A stretch of DNA of 64,000 nt from Neodothiora populina (Eukaryota), in NCBI RefSeq assembly GCF_041146345.1, contig NW_027191417.1, positions 248,001 through 312,000 on the forward strand, read 5' to 3'. Under the pieces are notes generated by a model that ran no database searches, was not told where the DNA came from, and saw only the letters and a program-made list of their open reading frames with translations. Numbering within the stretch: the first letter of the stretch is position 1; every line of letters starts with the position of its first letter. Shown one piece after another: positions 63,817 through 64,000 of this stretch. A program made the translations under genes and the position numbers.

Positions 63817-64000
63817 TTTAGGTTCATGGAGGCAGGAGCACGTGGGCTCGAAGCTCTTCGTCATTCTGTCACCCCCGTTTCTGTAAGCGAAGTGGTGACA
63901 TGTCAGGCGAGGCGATCGTAAGTATTTCCCCTTCTGGCCGACCTTTTGTCTTTTCATGCTTTCGGACGCCACAGTCGTCTTATTGTGTCATTCCGTTTGC

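Overview
Gene-dense, intron-containing nuclear DNA from a filamentous ascomycete (Pezizomycotina, inferred from short GT-AG introns with CTRAC branch sites, Zn2Cys6 factors and PacC). It holds about 19 protein-coding loci and one intron-containing tRNA-Arg(ACG). In order: the 3' end of a hypothetical protein, convergent GT90 and GT31 glycosyltransferases, an EasG/NmrA-like reductase divergent from a Zn2Cys6 factor, a TrhO/TSTD2-type rhodanese protein, a roughly 880-aa fusion of a PTH11-like 7-TM domain to a FucP-type MFS sugar permease, a frameshifted kinase pseudogene, rsp5/hulA, an EamA transporter, a single-pass membrane protein, a second Zn2Cys6 factor, myotubularin, RPS3, glycogenin, a small membrane protein, a desaturase-like protein, a doubly frameshifted GST-like gene, a (6-4) photolyase/cryptochrome and pacC. 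The best candidate for an undescribed system is the receptor-transporter fusion, a possible sugar transceptor. Other signals are 15 GCCAAG PacC sites upstream of pacC, Gln/His-rich PacC termini, a Gal4-type CGG-N11-CCG site, an intergenic TACAGTA motif, orphan Pol III B-boxes, a GC-AG intron and a Homol-E box. No transposon or CRISPR array was seen. Gene models were spliced by eye and family calls rest on recalled motifs, not database searches.
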